From an uncultured Rhodospirillales bacterium (GTDB taxonomy: Bacteria > Pseudomonadota > Alphaproteobacteria > Acetobacterales > Acetobacteraceae): a stretch of 28,621 nt of DNA. Below, one piece after another: positions 1 to 7,382 of the stretch. The first letter of the stretch is position 1; each line of letters starts with the position of its first letter. A program made the position numbers and the translations under genes. The stretch covers positions 1-28,621 of the forward strand of contig CAIJTR010000138.1 of the NCBI GenBank assembly GCA_903823665.1, written 5' to 3'. The notes beneath the pieces are model-generated. The model ran no database searches and was not told the DNA's origin. It worked only from the letters and a program-made list of their open reading frames with translations.

Positions 1-131
1 GCATGGATTTGATTTTTGTGGCGCGGGCGATTTTGGCGGACCCGATCTGGCCGCTGCGGGCTGCGCTGGCGCTGGGGGCACCGCTGGATATTGCGCCGCA
101 ATATCTGCGGGCGGGGTTTGGCCGGAAGTAG
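1..131 (+). CDS. 3' end (42 codons) of an NADH:flavin oxidoreductase / Old Yellow Enzyme family gene; partial, the start lies upstream of the window
   Basis: Frame 3 reads MDLIFVARAILADPIWPLRAALALGAPLDIAPQYLRAGFGRK and stops at TAG 129-131. The DL(I/V)xxxRxxLADPxW motif is typical of OYE/TIM-barrel flavin oxidoreductase C-termini. The ORF track lacks it because it is truncated by the window edge. Confidence 0.4.
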   Translation, partial: MDLIFVARAILADPIWPLRAALALGAPLDIAPQYLRAGFGRK

Positions 132-251
132 GGACGGTGTCGTAGGGTGCCGTCTGATTTGGTATTGCACCGTGATTGCGGTCAGGCGGTGCGGTCCGAA
201 AATGGACTGCACCCTACGGATTGACCGGATATTGCTCTGTGGAAATCAAGG

Positions 252-707
252 TCAGGTCTTGGCAGCCGGCAGCCGCATCAGGCGTTGCTTGGCCCAGTGG
301 AGCAATGGGGCGGCCACGACGGCGATTGCGATGCCAAAAAGTGCTGCTTGGAGCCAATCCGTCAAATCAAAGTGCCAGAATGGCGTGGGTGGCGTTGCCA
401 GCCACTGTCTGTACATTGTGGCCAATGCCAACCCCAGTGGGAGGGTAAGGTTGGTGAAGGTCAAGCGGATCGAAGGGGGAGCGCCGGACTGGATCGTGGC
501 ACCGGGGCCATGCCGAATGCCGGGGATTGTGATTGGCAGGCCTTGGATTGCAAGCAGCACAAGGTTGATCACCCAACCTGTCACCAGCACGGCACCGAAT
601 ACAAACGTGAACTGGGCGATGTAAGTGGCGTTCACCAGAAGCGATCCGGCGAGGGCGGTGGCGATGACGAATGAGATCAAAAGCAACCAATTTCGATAGG
701 CCTGCAT
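252..707 (-). CDS. small multi-pass integral membrane protein (151 aa), unknown family; downstream copy of a tandem paralogous pair
   Basis: This is the in-frame distal part of ORF 252..1139, starting at ATG 705-707 (MQAYRNWLLLISFVIATALAGSLL...). It is strongly hydrophobic, with a shared TPFWxF...LFG motif near the C-terminus. The long upstream extension in the ORF track is Pro/Arg-rich and is a GC-rich reading-frame artefact. The start lies 5 nt after the stop of the upstream paralog. Confidence 0.5.
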   Translation of the reverse strand: MQAYRNWLLLISFVIATALAGSLLVNATYIAQFTFVFGAVLVTGWVINLVLLAIQGLPITIPGIRHGPGATIQSGAPPSIRLTFTNLTLPLGLALATMYRQWLATPPTPFWHFDLTDWLQAALFGIAIAVVAAPLLHWAKQRLMRLPAAKT

Positions 708-712
708 TTGTA

Positions 713-1180
713 TTAACTCCGGCGGGACATCGCTTTGATGCGGGCTTGGCGGTCTACCCAGTAATTCGTGGCCGTTGTGACGGTGCCGAACAGTGCAGAG
801 GATGCGAGGGCGCGGAACAGGTCCGCCCAGCCGAAGCTCCAGAATGGGGTTGGGTGGAGGGCGAAAAGCTGCGTCATCATGAAGCCCCAGCCGAGGCCGA
901 GCGGAACGCCGTGGCGGACAAGGCGGCTGGGGAAAGGCAGAAGGTCGGAGGCGCGCTGCCTCGGGAGGTGATTTTCCCAGGAGGTTGGCCGGGCAGGATT
1001 TTGGTCGCCGCTGGCCGATTGGATTTTGGATTTGATCGCGGCTAGCACCAAGAGTGGCGCGAAGACCAGCGTCGTCAGCTCCCAGACCGGGAGAGTGGGC
1101 ATAAGGGTGATGGCGATGGCGGTTGCCAAGATCTCCCAAACCGCCATCGGCCAGATGAAGTCGCTGTATCGGCGTTTCAA
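713..1180 (-). CDS. small multi-pass integral membrane protein (155 aa), unknown family; upstream copy of a tandem paralogous pair
   Basis: ORF MKRRYSDFIWPMAVWEILATAIAITLMPTLPVWELTTLVF...HPTPFWSFGWADLFRALASSALFG. It appears to start at a TTG codon, with AGGA about 9 nt upstream. Its hydrophobic architecture and PTPFW motif match the 252..707 gene. Confidence 0.45.
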   Translation of the reverse strand: MKRRYSDFIWPMAVWEILATAIAITLMPTLPVWELTTLVFAPLLVLAAIKSKIQSASGDQNPARPTSWENHLPRQRASDLLPFPSRLVRHGVPLGLGWGFMMTQLFALHPTPFWSFGWADLFRALASSALFGTVTTATNYWVDRQARIKAMSRRS

Positions 1181-1299
1181 ATTTCGAATCCTATCTCACG
1201 GCAATACGTTATCGGAATGACAGACCTGCATCAAAACCTATCTGATTGGAGCGCTCTTATAATTCTGATATCGTCTCGATAGCTCTTCTGTAGGGTGTC

Positions 1300-2481
1300 A
1301 TGAACAATAAAATTGGGTTTCGGGTGATGCTGACGGGTGTGGCCGTGGCGGTCGTGGGCACACTGAACGCGTTGGTCAACCCTGTGGCGACGTTGATCGC
1401 GGGGCAGTCGGCGGCTGGGCAGTTCGCCAATTCGAACGCGGATTATGTGAGTTCCACGCTGGGTATGCGGTTTGGCGGAATGCTGGGTGTGCCTGGATTT
1501 GTGTTGCTGGCGGTGATTTTGGCGATCTGGTGGGGGCCAATCCGCGCACGTTTCTTTCCGCTGGCGTTGCTGGCGCTGCTGGTGCCGCTGGGGGCGAACC
1601 CAGCGCAAGCGTATTACGACAAGAGCGACTTTGCTGAGGCCTATTTCATTCTGCCGAACGAATCAGCATTTTATATTCCTGACGCTGGGGCCAACAAGGA
1701 TGGTCAGGCCAAGTTCGGCTCGATGGAGTATCTGGAAGCCAACAAGGTGGCGGCCAAGCGGTTCACCATTCCACATGTGAAGTTTTCCGGCAGTGGCACC
1801 TGGGCAGATTTCTATGTGCCCGCCGGACGACTGATCGTGGTGGATCGCACTCCGTATAATCGCGAATGGACTGCAACCAGCAACCGTGGCACGTCTGCCC
1901 GGAACGAGAGCTTTCCGTGCCAGAGCCAGGAAGGCTTGAACGTGACGGTTGAGGTGGCGATTGCAACCTCAGTTTCCGAAGAGAATGCGGCGCGATTTCT
2001 GTACTGGTTCGGCGTGCGGCCACCAGCGGGCAATCGGGCGGACCCGGCGGTGATTTTCACCTCGGTTTACGCGGGCCGGAATCTGGCTGAGATCATGGAC
2101 ACGGTCGGGCGCGGCAAGGTGCAGTCTCTTGTGTGCCATGAGATCGGGGCGCGCACGTTTGACCACGTGAACAGCGAGATCAACGGCATGATGGACGCGG
2201 TGCAGAAGAATGCCGAGGCGTTCCTTAGGGATCGCGGCATTACGCTGGATTATATCGGCTGGGCAGGCACCTTTACCTTCGACAAGGACGTGCAGCAGGC
2301 GGTGAATGATCGTTACACGGCGGAGAAGATCGCACCCGTGCTGCCGGTGCTGCAGGCGAAGGCGGCGCTGATCGCGCTTGAGAAATGGGATGGCAAGTTG
2401 CCCTCCAACCTGTCCGGCCTGTGGCTGTTGCCTCCAGATATGTGGGCGCTGCTGGGAAGCTGGGTTAAGCCCTCGAAGTAA
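1300..2481 (+). CDS. membrane-anchored protein of unknown function (393 aa); two or three N-terminal TM helices and a large C-terminal soluble domain with possible SPFH-like features
   Basis: Clean ATG ORF with AGGGTG upstream. N-terminal hydrophobic segments (MLTGVAVAVVGTL..., GVPGFVLLAVILAIWW, FFPLALLALLVPLGA). The C-terminal region (NVTVEVAIATSVSEENAARF...RGITLDYIGWAGTFTFDKDVQQAV) is loosely reminiscent of band-7 domain motifs; this is a weak call. Confidence 0.55.
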   Translation: MNNKIGFRVMLTGVAVAVVGTLNALVNPVATLIAGQSAAGQFANSNADYVSSTLGMRFGGMLGVPGFVLLAVILAIWWGPIRARFFPLALLALLVPLGANPAQAYYDKSDFAEAYFILPNESAFYIPDAGANKDGQAKFGSMEYLEANKVAAKRFTIPHVKFSGSGTWADFYVPAGRLIVVDRTPYNREWTATSNRGTSARNESFPCQSQEGLNVTVEVAIATSVSEENAARFLYWFGVRPPAGNRADPAVIFTSVYAGRNLAEIMDTVGRGKVQSLVCHEIGARTFDHVNSEINGMMDAVQKNAEAFLRDRGITLDYIGWAGTFTFDKDVQQAVNDRYTAEKIAPVLPVLQAKAALIALEKWDGKLPSNLSGLWLLPPDMWALLGSWVKPSK

Positions 2482-2551
2482 AAAATATCAATTTGGCTTT
2501 ACAATGGTTGGATGTGTTTTGTATGATTGTAGTAGGACATTCGGTCAAGAC

Positions 2552-2947
2552 ATGCCACCTAACCTTTCAATTGACCCAGCCAGTCGCACGCCGATCTATG
2601 TGCAGCTTTGCGCCCAGATCCGCGCCGCCATCGGCTCCGGCGCGCTGTCTCCTGGCGAGCGGATGCCGACCATGCGGGCGGTGGCGCTGGAGGCGCGGAT
2701 TGATCTGAACACGGTGCAGAAATCCTATAGCGAGTTGGAGCGCGAGGGGTTTCTGTCCACCAGAGGCAGCCGGGGGACGTTTGTTGCCAGTGTTCCGCCC
2801 GTGCCTGATCCTGCGCGCGGCGCTGCGGAGATGCTGGCGCTGGCGCGGCAATGTGTGGCGTCGGCGCGGGTGGCGGGTCTGGAACCGGCGGAACTTGGCC
2901 GTCTTATTGTTGAACTTGCAACGACAACTTCTCATCGGGAAAGCTGA
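2552..2947 (+). CDS. GntR-family winged-helix transcriptional regulator (small, YhcF-like; 131 aa)
   Basis: Internal ATG at residue 59 of ORF 2378..2947. PIYVQLCAQIRAAIGSGALSPGERMPTMRAVALEARIDLNTVQKSYSELEREGFLSTRGSRGTFVA is a canonical GntR HTH signature. The N-terminal extension in the ORF track is Cys-rich junk. The stop lies 5 nt before the next gene. Confidence 0.75.
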   Translation: MPPNLSIDPASRTPIYVQLCAQIRAAIGSGALSPGERMPTMRAVALEARIDLNTVQKSYSELEREGFLSTRGSRGTFVASVPPVPDPARGAAEMLALARQCVASARVAGLEPAELGRLIVELATTTSHRES

Positions 2948-2952
2948 ACGCC

Positions 2953-3735
2953 ATGCTGGTTTTTGCCTTCGCTCTTGTTGCTGTGCTGGTCATTCTACTG
3001 GCGCTCGGCTTTCGGATTGCAAAGCCGTGGGAGCGCGCGATTGTGCTGCGGCTGGGCAACATGAACGCTGTGCGCGGCCCCGGTCCGTTCCTCTTGATCC
3101 CCTTCATCGACAGTGTGGCGCGGATGGTGGACACGCGCATCACCTCCACCCCGGTGCGGACGGAAAAGACGCTGACCCGCGACACCACGCCGGTGACGGT
3201 GGAGGCGGTGGTGTTCTGGATGGTGCATGACCCCGAGCGCGCGACGATTGAAGTCGGCAATTATCAGCAGGCGGTGGAATTGGTGGCGCAGACCAGTTTG
3301 CGTGAGGCGATTGCGGCAGCGGATTTGACGCAGTTGCTGGCTGAGCGTGAGGAGGTGGATGCCAAGTTGCTTTTCAATATTGGCCGCAAAACCAGCGATT
3401 GGGGGATTACGATCAAGTCGGTCGAAATTCGCGATGTTGATCTGCCAGAATCACTGCAGAACGCAATGAGCGCGCAGGCGCAGGCCTACCGCGAGAAGGA
3501 TGCGCGGGTGACGCGGGCCTCGGCGGAGGTGGCGGTGGCGGAGGAGTTCAAGAAATCCGCCGAAGTGTATGATAGCTGCCCGACGGCGTTTCGCATTCTG
3601 TCGATCAACCGGCTGTATGACATGAGCAAGCAGCCCGGCACGCTTATTCTGATGCCGACGGACGCCGTGAACAGCTTTGCCAATGCGGCGGCGATCCCGG
3701 CGGCAATGACATCGGCGCGGGCCGAGCATGTCTAG
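2953..3735 (+). CDS. SPFH/band-7 family protein (stomatin/HflC-like), membrane anchored
   Basis: N-terminal TM (MLVFAFALVAVLVILLALGF) followed by the typical band-7 opening RIAKPWERAIVLRLGNMNAVRGPGPFLLIPFIDSVARMVDTRI, then ...FNIGRKTSDWGITIKSVEIRDVDLPESLQNAM. It follows the GntR gene after a 5-nt gap, so the two are probably co-transcribed. Confidence 0.85.
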   Translation: MLVFAFALVAVLVILLALGFRIAKPWERAIVLRLGNMNAVRGPGPFLLIPFIDSVARMVDTRITSTPVRTEKTLTRDTTPVTVEAVVFWMVHDPERATIEVGNYQQAVELVAQTSLREAIAAADLTQLLAEREEVDAKLLFNIGRKTSDWGITIKSVEIRDVDLPESLQNAMSAQAQAYREKDARVTRASAEVAVAEEFKKSAEVYDSCPTAFRILSINRLYDMSKQPGTLILMPTDAVNSFANAAAIPAAMTSARAEHV

Positions 3736-5105
3736 GCTGACAGCTCACCTGGGGGTGCACCGTCCAGATTGGATTTGAGCCAGTCCCTGAACTGGGCTTC
3801 GGGCATGGGGCGGGCGAAGAAATAGCCCTGGCCTTCATCGCAGTCGCACGCTTTGAGCATGTCAAGAATCTTATGCGTCTCGATTCCCTCGGCGACCACG
3901 CGGTAGCCGAGTTTGTGGGCGAGATCAATGATGGCCCGGGTGAGGATGGCACGGCGCGGGTCTTGGTCCATGGTTCGGATGAAGCCTTGATCGATCTTCA
4001 GCACCTGTGCCGAGAGCCGGGTGAGATAGTCGAGATTGCTGTAACCTGTGCCGAAATCATCAATTGCCACTGTCATGCCCAAGGCCAAAATTTGCGTGAT
4101 CTGGTCGGTGACCGCCGCATCGGAACTTGTGAGCGTGCCTTCGGTAAATTCGAGTTCGAGCCGGTCTGGCGTGACCATGAAGGCGCTCATCAACGTGCCC
4201 AGCCGCTCGGCGAAATTCGCTTGGTGCAGGGAGCTGGGGGAGATATTGACCGAGACCTTCAATCGGTCCCACGCCGGCGGCCAGGCGCGCATGTGGCGGA
4301 GAGCGGCCGTGAGGATCCAGTCTGTCAGCGGCACCATGAGGCCGGTGGCCTCGGCCAACGCGATGAACTCGCTGGGTGGAATGGAGCCAAGGGCTGGATG
4401 AGCCCAGCGGATCAACACCTCCGCCCCCTCCGCCCTGCCGCTGCGCAGATCGATGCGAGGCTGATAGGCGAGTGAAAGTTCGGTGTCGTGCAGCAGTGCC
4501 TGCCTGAGATCGGACAGCAACTGGAAGGCACGTTGATGTGCCTCGTCGGTGTTGCGGTTGTAGAATGCCCAGCCTTGCGGGCCGCGTCTGCTGTCCTGGG
4601 CTGCGGCAAGCACGGCGCGCAAATTTTCGGCTGGGGTGTTGATGAGGGCCGGCAGCGCGAGCACGCCGATGCCGACGCGGGTGACGATGGGCAGATCATC
4701 GCACAAAAGTGGGCGGCGGAAGCTCTGCACGAGGGTGTTGACAACGGCAGGCGCGCGCGCGGCTTCCTCGGCCGAGGTGGTCACGGTCACGAAGGCGAAG
4801 CTGAGGACACTGACGTGATAGAGTGTGCAGCCGGCCGGCAGCAGATGTGCGATCCGTTCCGCCCCGGCGCGGACCATGTGATCGGCAAATTCATGACCGA
4901 GTGCTCGCAGAATCTCGTTGAAATGCTTGGCATCCGCCAGGGTGAGCAGAACCAGCACCCGTGACGCACCGCCGGGTTGCAGCGGCAGGTCAGCGATGAA
5001 GCGGCGACGGTTCGGCAGCGAGGTGACGTGGTCGATCTGCCCCGGCATCGGGCGTGTTTCCGGTGCCACCAGCGGCAGAGTGGCCGCGTCGACGAAGATA
5101 GCCAT
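3732..5105 (-). CDS. c-di-GMP phosphodiesterase: degenerate (non-catalytic) GGDEF domain fused to an EAL domain
   Basis: The N-terminus carries the GGDEF-domain opening DHVTSLPNRRRFIADL, but the GG(D/E)EF motif position is occupied by VLSFAFV. The C-terminus carries EAL signatures EVLIRW, DDFGTGYSNLDYL, KIDQGFIR and VAEGIET. It converges with the SPFH gene, overlapping by 4 nt. Confidence 0.85.
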   Translation of the reverse strand: MAIFVDAATLPLVAPETRPMPGQIDHVTSLPNRRRFIADLPLQPGGASRVLVLLTLADAKHFNEILRALGHEFADHMVRAGAERIAHLLPAGCTLYHVSVLSFAFVTVTTSAEEAARAPAVVNTLVQSFRRPLLCDDLPIVTRVGIGVLALPALINTPAENLRAVLAAAQDSRRGPQGWAFYNRNTDEAHQRAFQLLSDLRQALLHDTELSLAYQPRIDLRSGRAEGAEVLIRWAHPALGSIPPSEFIALAEATGLMVPLTDWILTAALRHMRAWPPAWDRLKVSVNISPSSLHQANFAERLGTLMSAFMVTPDRLELEFTEGTLTSSDAAVTDQITQILALGMTVAIDDFGTGYSNLDYLTRLSAQVLKIDQGFIRTMDQDPRRAILTRAIIDLAHKLGYRVVAEGIETHKILDMLKACDCDEGQGYFFARPMPEAQFRDWLKSNLDGAPPGELSA

Positions 5106-5188
5106 GCGCGCGATGCCGCCTATTGTTTGATCGTCAGTGTTGGCGTCAATATCGCGGTAAACTGTAAATCAATGATGAAGGCAGCGTC

Positions 5189-5245
5189 GGCTAGAGCACG
5201 CTTCGACCAAATGGAATCATCTTGTCGAAAGCTCGTGCTCTAGAA
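5189..5245. repeat. imperfect inverted repeat built from the same GCTCTAG(A) motif as the adjacent perfect hairpin
   Basis: ggCTAGAGCACGcttcgac ... gtcgaaaGCTCGTGCTCTAGa. The arms are complementary apart from small indels. It lies in the promoter-proximal region of the EAL gene. Confidence 0.4.
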
Positions 5246-5255
5246 ATAGCTGACT

Positions 5256-5316
5256 CTAGAGCAACGCCCGATCATATTGAACCAAACTGGTTCAATATGA
5301 TCGGGCGTTGCTCTAG
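5256..5316. repeat. perfect 29-bp-stem / 3-nt-loop inverted repeat (61 nt hairpin) 4 nt downstream of the cupin stop codon; terminator-like or a palindromic repetitive or operator element
   Basis: CTAGAGCAACGCCCGATCATATTGAACCA-aac-TGGTTCAATATGATCGGGCGTTGCTCTAG. The two arms are exact reverse complements. Two more partial copies of GCTCTAG(A) occur immediately upstream, at about 5236 and 5254. Confidence 0.8.
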
Positions 5317-5319
5317 CGG

Positions 5320-5727
5320 CTATTCCGGAGCAGGGCTTGCGAGCGGTTTGTCCTTGTCCACCACGTAGACGGATAGCACGCGGGTTTTTTTGGGACCGTT
5401 CTGCAGAAGGTGCGGCGTTTCTCGGGGGACCTGGAACGTGTCATTCGGACCCACGGCACGATCTGCCACGCCCTTCAAGCCGAAGGTGCCGCCGCCTTCG
5501 ACGATGAAGCCGTCTTCGAGGCCGGGATGGGTGTGGCGGGCCACGAGCACGTTTGGCTCGATTTCGACCAGCACCTGCAGGGTGACGGTGTTGTCACCGG
5601 GATATTCGATGCGGTTGAGCACGGTGCGGGTGAAGCCCAGGGCCTGGGCGCGGGCACCGACTTCGGCGGCGAGAACACCGCCTGCGGCACAGAGTGCGCA
5701 TACGGCAAATCGGCGGCGTGACAGCAT
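5320..5727 (-). CDS. secreted cupin-domain protein (135 aa) with an N-terminal signal peptide
   Basis: Signal peptide MLSRRRFAVCALCAAGGVLAAEVGARA. Cupin core HTHPGLEDGFIVEGGGTF...NDTFQVPRETPHLLQNGPKKTRVLSVYVVD. A GGAGG Shine-Dalgarno lies upstream. Confidence 0.8.
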   Translation of the reverse strand: MLSRRRFAVCALCAAGGVLAAEVGARAQALGFTRTVLNRIEYPGDNTVTLQVLVEIEPNVLVARHTHPGLEDGFIVEGGGTFGLKGVADRAVGPNDTFQVPRETPHLLQNGPKKTRVLSVYVVDKDKPLASPAPE

Positions 5728-5738
5728 GGCAAATTCCT

Positions 5739-5768
5739 CCGGTTATGATTTTTCAAAATCGTAACCGG
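5739..5768. promoter_or_regulatory. 30-bp near-perfect palindrome (14-bp arms, one G:T mismatch) 12 nt upstream of the cupin start and overlapping its Shine-Dalgarno; candidate operator or terminator for the upstream gene
   Basis: CCGGTTATGATTTT-tc-AAAATCGTAACCGG. It lies between the stop of the 5810..6169 gene and the ATG of the cupin gene on the minus strand. Confidence 0.5.
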
Positions 5769-5809
5769 AGGGGCATCGAATATCCAGCGCTTCGATGTTG
5801 TGCCGCGAT

Positions 5810-6169
5810 TTACTCGCCGACGGCGTGGGTTTGCTTGCCGTCCCAGAACAGTGAGATCTTCTCGTATTCGCAGAGGTCGATGTTCGTCCATTCCGCTTTG
5901 TCGCCGTCGTTGTATTTGACGCGGATGTCGAAATGGCAGGCTTTGCCGCCATGCGGGAAGGTGATGTTGACGGAGGCCCCATCGGGCACGGCGTCCTTGC
6001 CCATGATATCGGCACCCCAGCTGTCGCTGGAGGCGGGGGAGACGTAAACCTCGTCGATCTGGTAGCCGGTTTTGTTGACGAGCTTGAAATCGGCGTCACT
6101 GGCGAAGGCTGCCCCTGAAAGGGACAGGAAGCCTGCGATGAGGGCTGCGTGGCGAATGGCGTTTGGCAT
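5810..6169 (-). CDS. small secreted/periplasmic protein of unknown function (119 aa); signal peptide and two Cys residues
   Basis: Internal start MPNAIRHAALIAGFLSLSGAAFA (signal peptide) preceded by an AGGGGA Shine-Dalgarno. The ORF-track N-terminal extension is Pro-rich and is an artefact. The mature part is FKLVNKTGYQIDEVYVSPASSDSWGADIMG...ACHFDIRVKYNDGDKAEWTNIDLCEYEKISL. Confidence 0.6.
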   Translation of the reverse strand: MPNAIRHAALIAGFLSLSGAAFASDADFKLVNKTGYQIDEVYVSPASSDSWGADIMGKDAVPDGASVNITFPHGGKACHFDIRVKYNDGDKAEWTNIDLCEYEKISLFWDGKQTHAVGE

Positions 6170-6239
6170 GTTTGATCCCCTGAGTGGCCCAGGTTTGGGC
6201 AAGGCGGGGTCATGTTGCAGATGCTTGGTTTCCGTATCG

Positions 6240-7382
6240 TTAATTCGGTGTGCCGAGTGCCGCCAATACTTCTGCGGCGGCGGCGGAGGAGGGAGATTGG
6301 TTGGGTGGGCGGAGGCTTTCCATGACGGCTGCAAACCCGTCGCGTTGGGCTTGGGCGGCTTCTGGGTTGGACAGCAGACGCTCGACTGTTTCGGCTAGTT
6401 TCTGTGGCTTGCAGTCTTGCTGGAGCAGTTCGGGCACCAGTTCGCGTCCGGCGAGCAGATTGACCATGGCGACGTGGGGTATTTTGATCATGCGTCGTGC
6501 CATGGCCGCCGTGATGGGGTTTACGCGGTAGGTGACGGCCATGGGCACGCCGGCGAGTGCGAGTTCGAGCGTGGAGGTGCCGGATTTGGTGAGGGCTGCG
6601 GAGGCGGCGGCGTAGGCGTCGTGCTTGTCGTCAAGGTCGGTGACGATCAGCGGCTTTATGGCCCAGTTGGACGTGGCATGGCGGACGGTTTCGGCAACCG
6701 CACTGGCGACCGGCACGACGGGGACGAGGCCGGGGATGCGCGGGGCGAGCAGGTCGAGCGTGCGGCGGAAGACGGGAAGCAGGCGCGGCACTTCGCTTCT
6801 GCGGCTGCCGGGCATGAGGATCAGGACGGGAGCTTCGGCTGCGAGGTTGTGGCGGGTGCGGAAGCGTGTGGCGTCACCTTGGTCGGCACCCGATTCGAGG
6901 ACGGGGTGGCCGACGAAATGGCCCTCCACGCCGCGTTCGGCGAACCAGGCGGGCTCGAACGGCAGGAGGCAGAGCAGACGGTTCCAGAGGCCGGGAAATT
7001 CGGCCACGCGGTGCGGTCGCCAGGCCCAGACCTGGGGTGCCACGTAATGCACGCGGCGGATTTCGGGGATTTGCTTCAGTACGCGGAGCGTGAAGCCGGG
7101 GCTGTCGATGGTGACGACGATATCGGGCTTGCGGGCTTTGATGTCCGCCACGGCTGCGGCGAGCAGGCGGCTGAGCTTGCGGATGCGCGGCAGGACTTCG
7201 AGCAGGCCCATCACGGCGAGCTCGTGCATGGGGAACAATGAGGTGAAGCCGAGTTCGGCCATGCGCGGGCCGCCAATGCCGGTGAATTCGAGATCGGGGC
7301 GGGCGTCTCGCAAGGCGCGGATGAGGCGGGCACCGAGCACGTCACCGCTTTGTTCGCCGGCGATGATGTAGATCAGCGTCAT
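6240..7382 (-). CDS. lpxB: lipid-A-disaccharide synthase
   Basis: MTLIYIIAGEQSGDVLGARLIRAL...PGSRRSEV...NLLAGRELVPELLQQDCKPQKLAE matches the LpxB family throughout, including the N-terminal AGExSGD motif and the C-terminal NLLAGRELVPELLQ. 380 aa. Confidence 0.9.
   Translation of the reverse strand: MTLIYIIAGEQSGDVLGARLIRALRDARPDLEFTGIGGPRMAELGFTSLFPMHELAVMGLLEVLPRIRKLSRLLAAAVADIKARKPDIVVTIDSPGFTLRVLKQIPEIRRVHYVAPQVWAWRPHRVAEFPGLWNRLLCLLPFEPAWFAERGVEGHFVGHPVLESGADQGDATRFRTRHNLAAEAPVLILMPGSRRSEVPRLLPVFRRTLDLLAPRIPGLVPVVPVASAVAETVRHATSNWAIKPLIVTDLDDKHDAYAAASAALTKSGTSTLELALAGVPMAVTYRVNPITAAMARRMIKIPHVAMVNLLAGRELVPELLQQDCKPQKLAETVERLLSNPEAAQAQRDGFAAVMESLRPPNQSPSSAAAAEVLAALGTPN

Noticed and set aside
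16-1220. Several plus-strand ORFs (16..624, 285..674, 671..1045, 1026..1220) and the long N-terminal extension of ORF 252..1139
   Set aside because: They overlap, in other frames, the two well-formed minus-strand membrane-protein genes. Their translations are Arg/Gly/Pro/Trp-rich, as expected for open frames occurring by chance in about 65% GC DNA, and they have no Shine-Dalgarno or domain.
5270-5300. Possible SOS/LexA box (GAAC-N7-GTTC) inside the 61-nt hairpin
   Set aside because: The alphaproteobacterial LexA site is a direct repeat (GTTC-N7-GTTC), and the gammaproteobacterial site is CTGT-N8-ACAG. Here the two half-sites are inverted simply because they lie in a palindrome, and there is no DNA-repair gene context.
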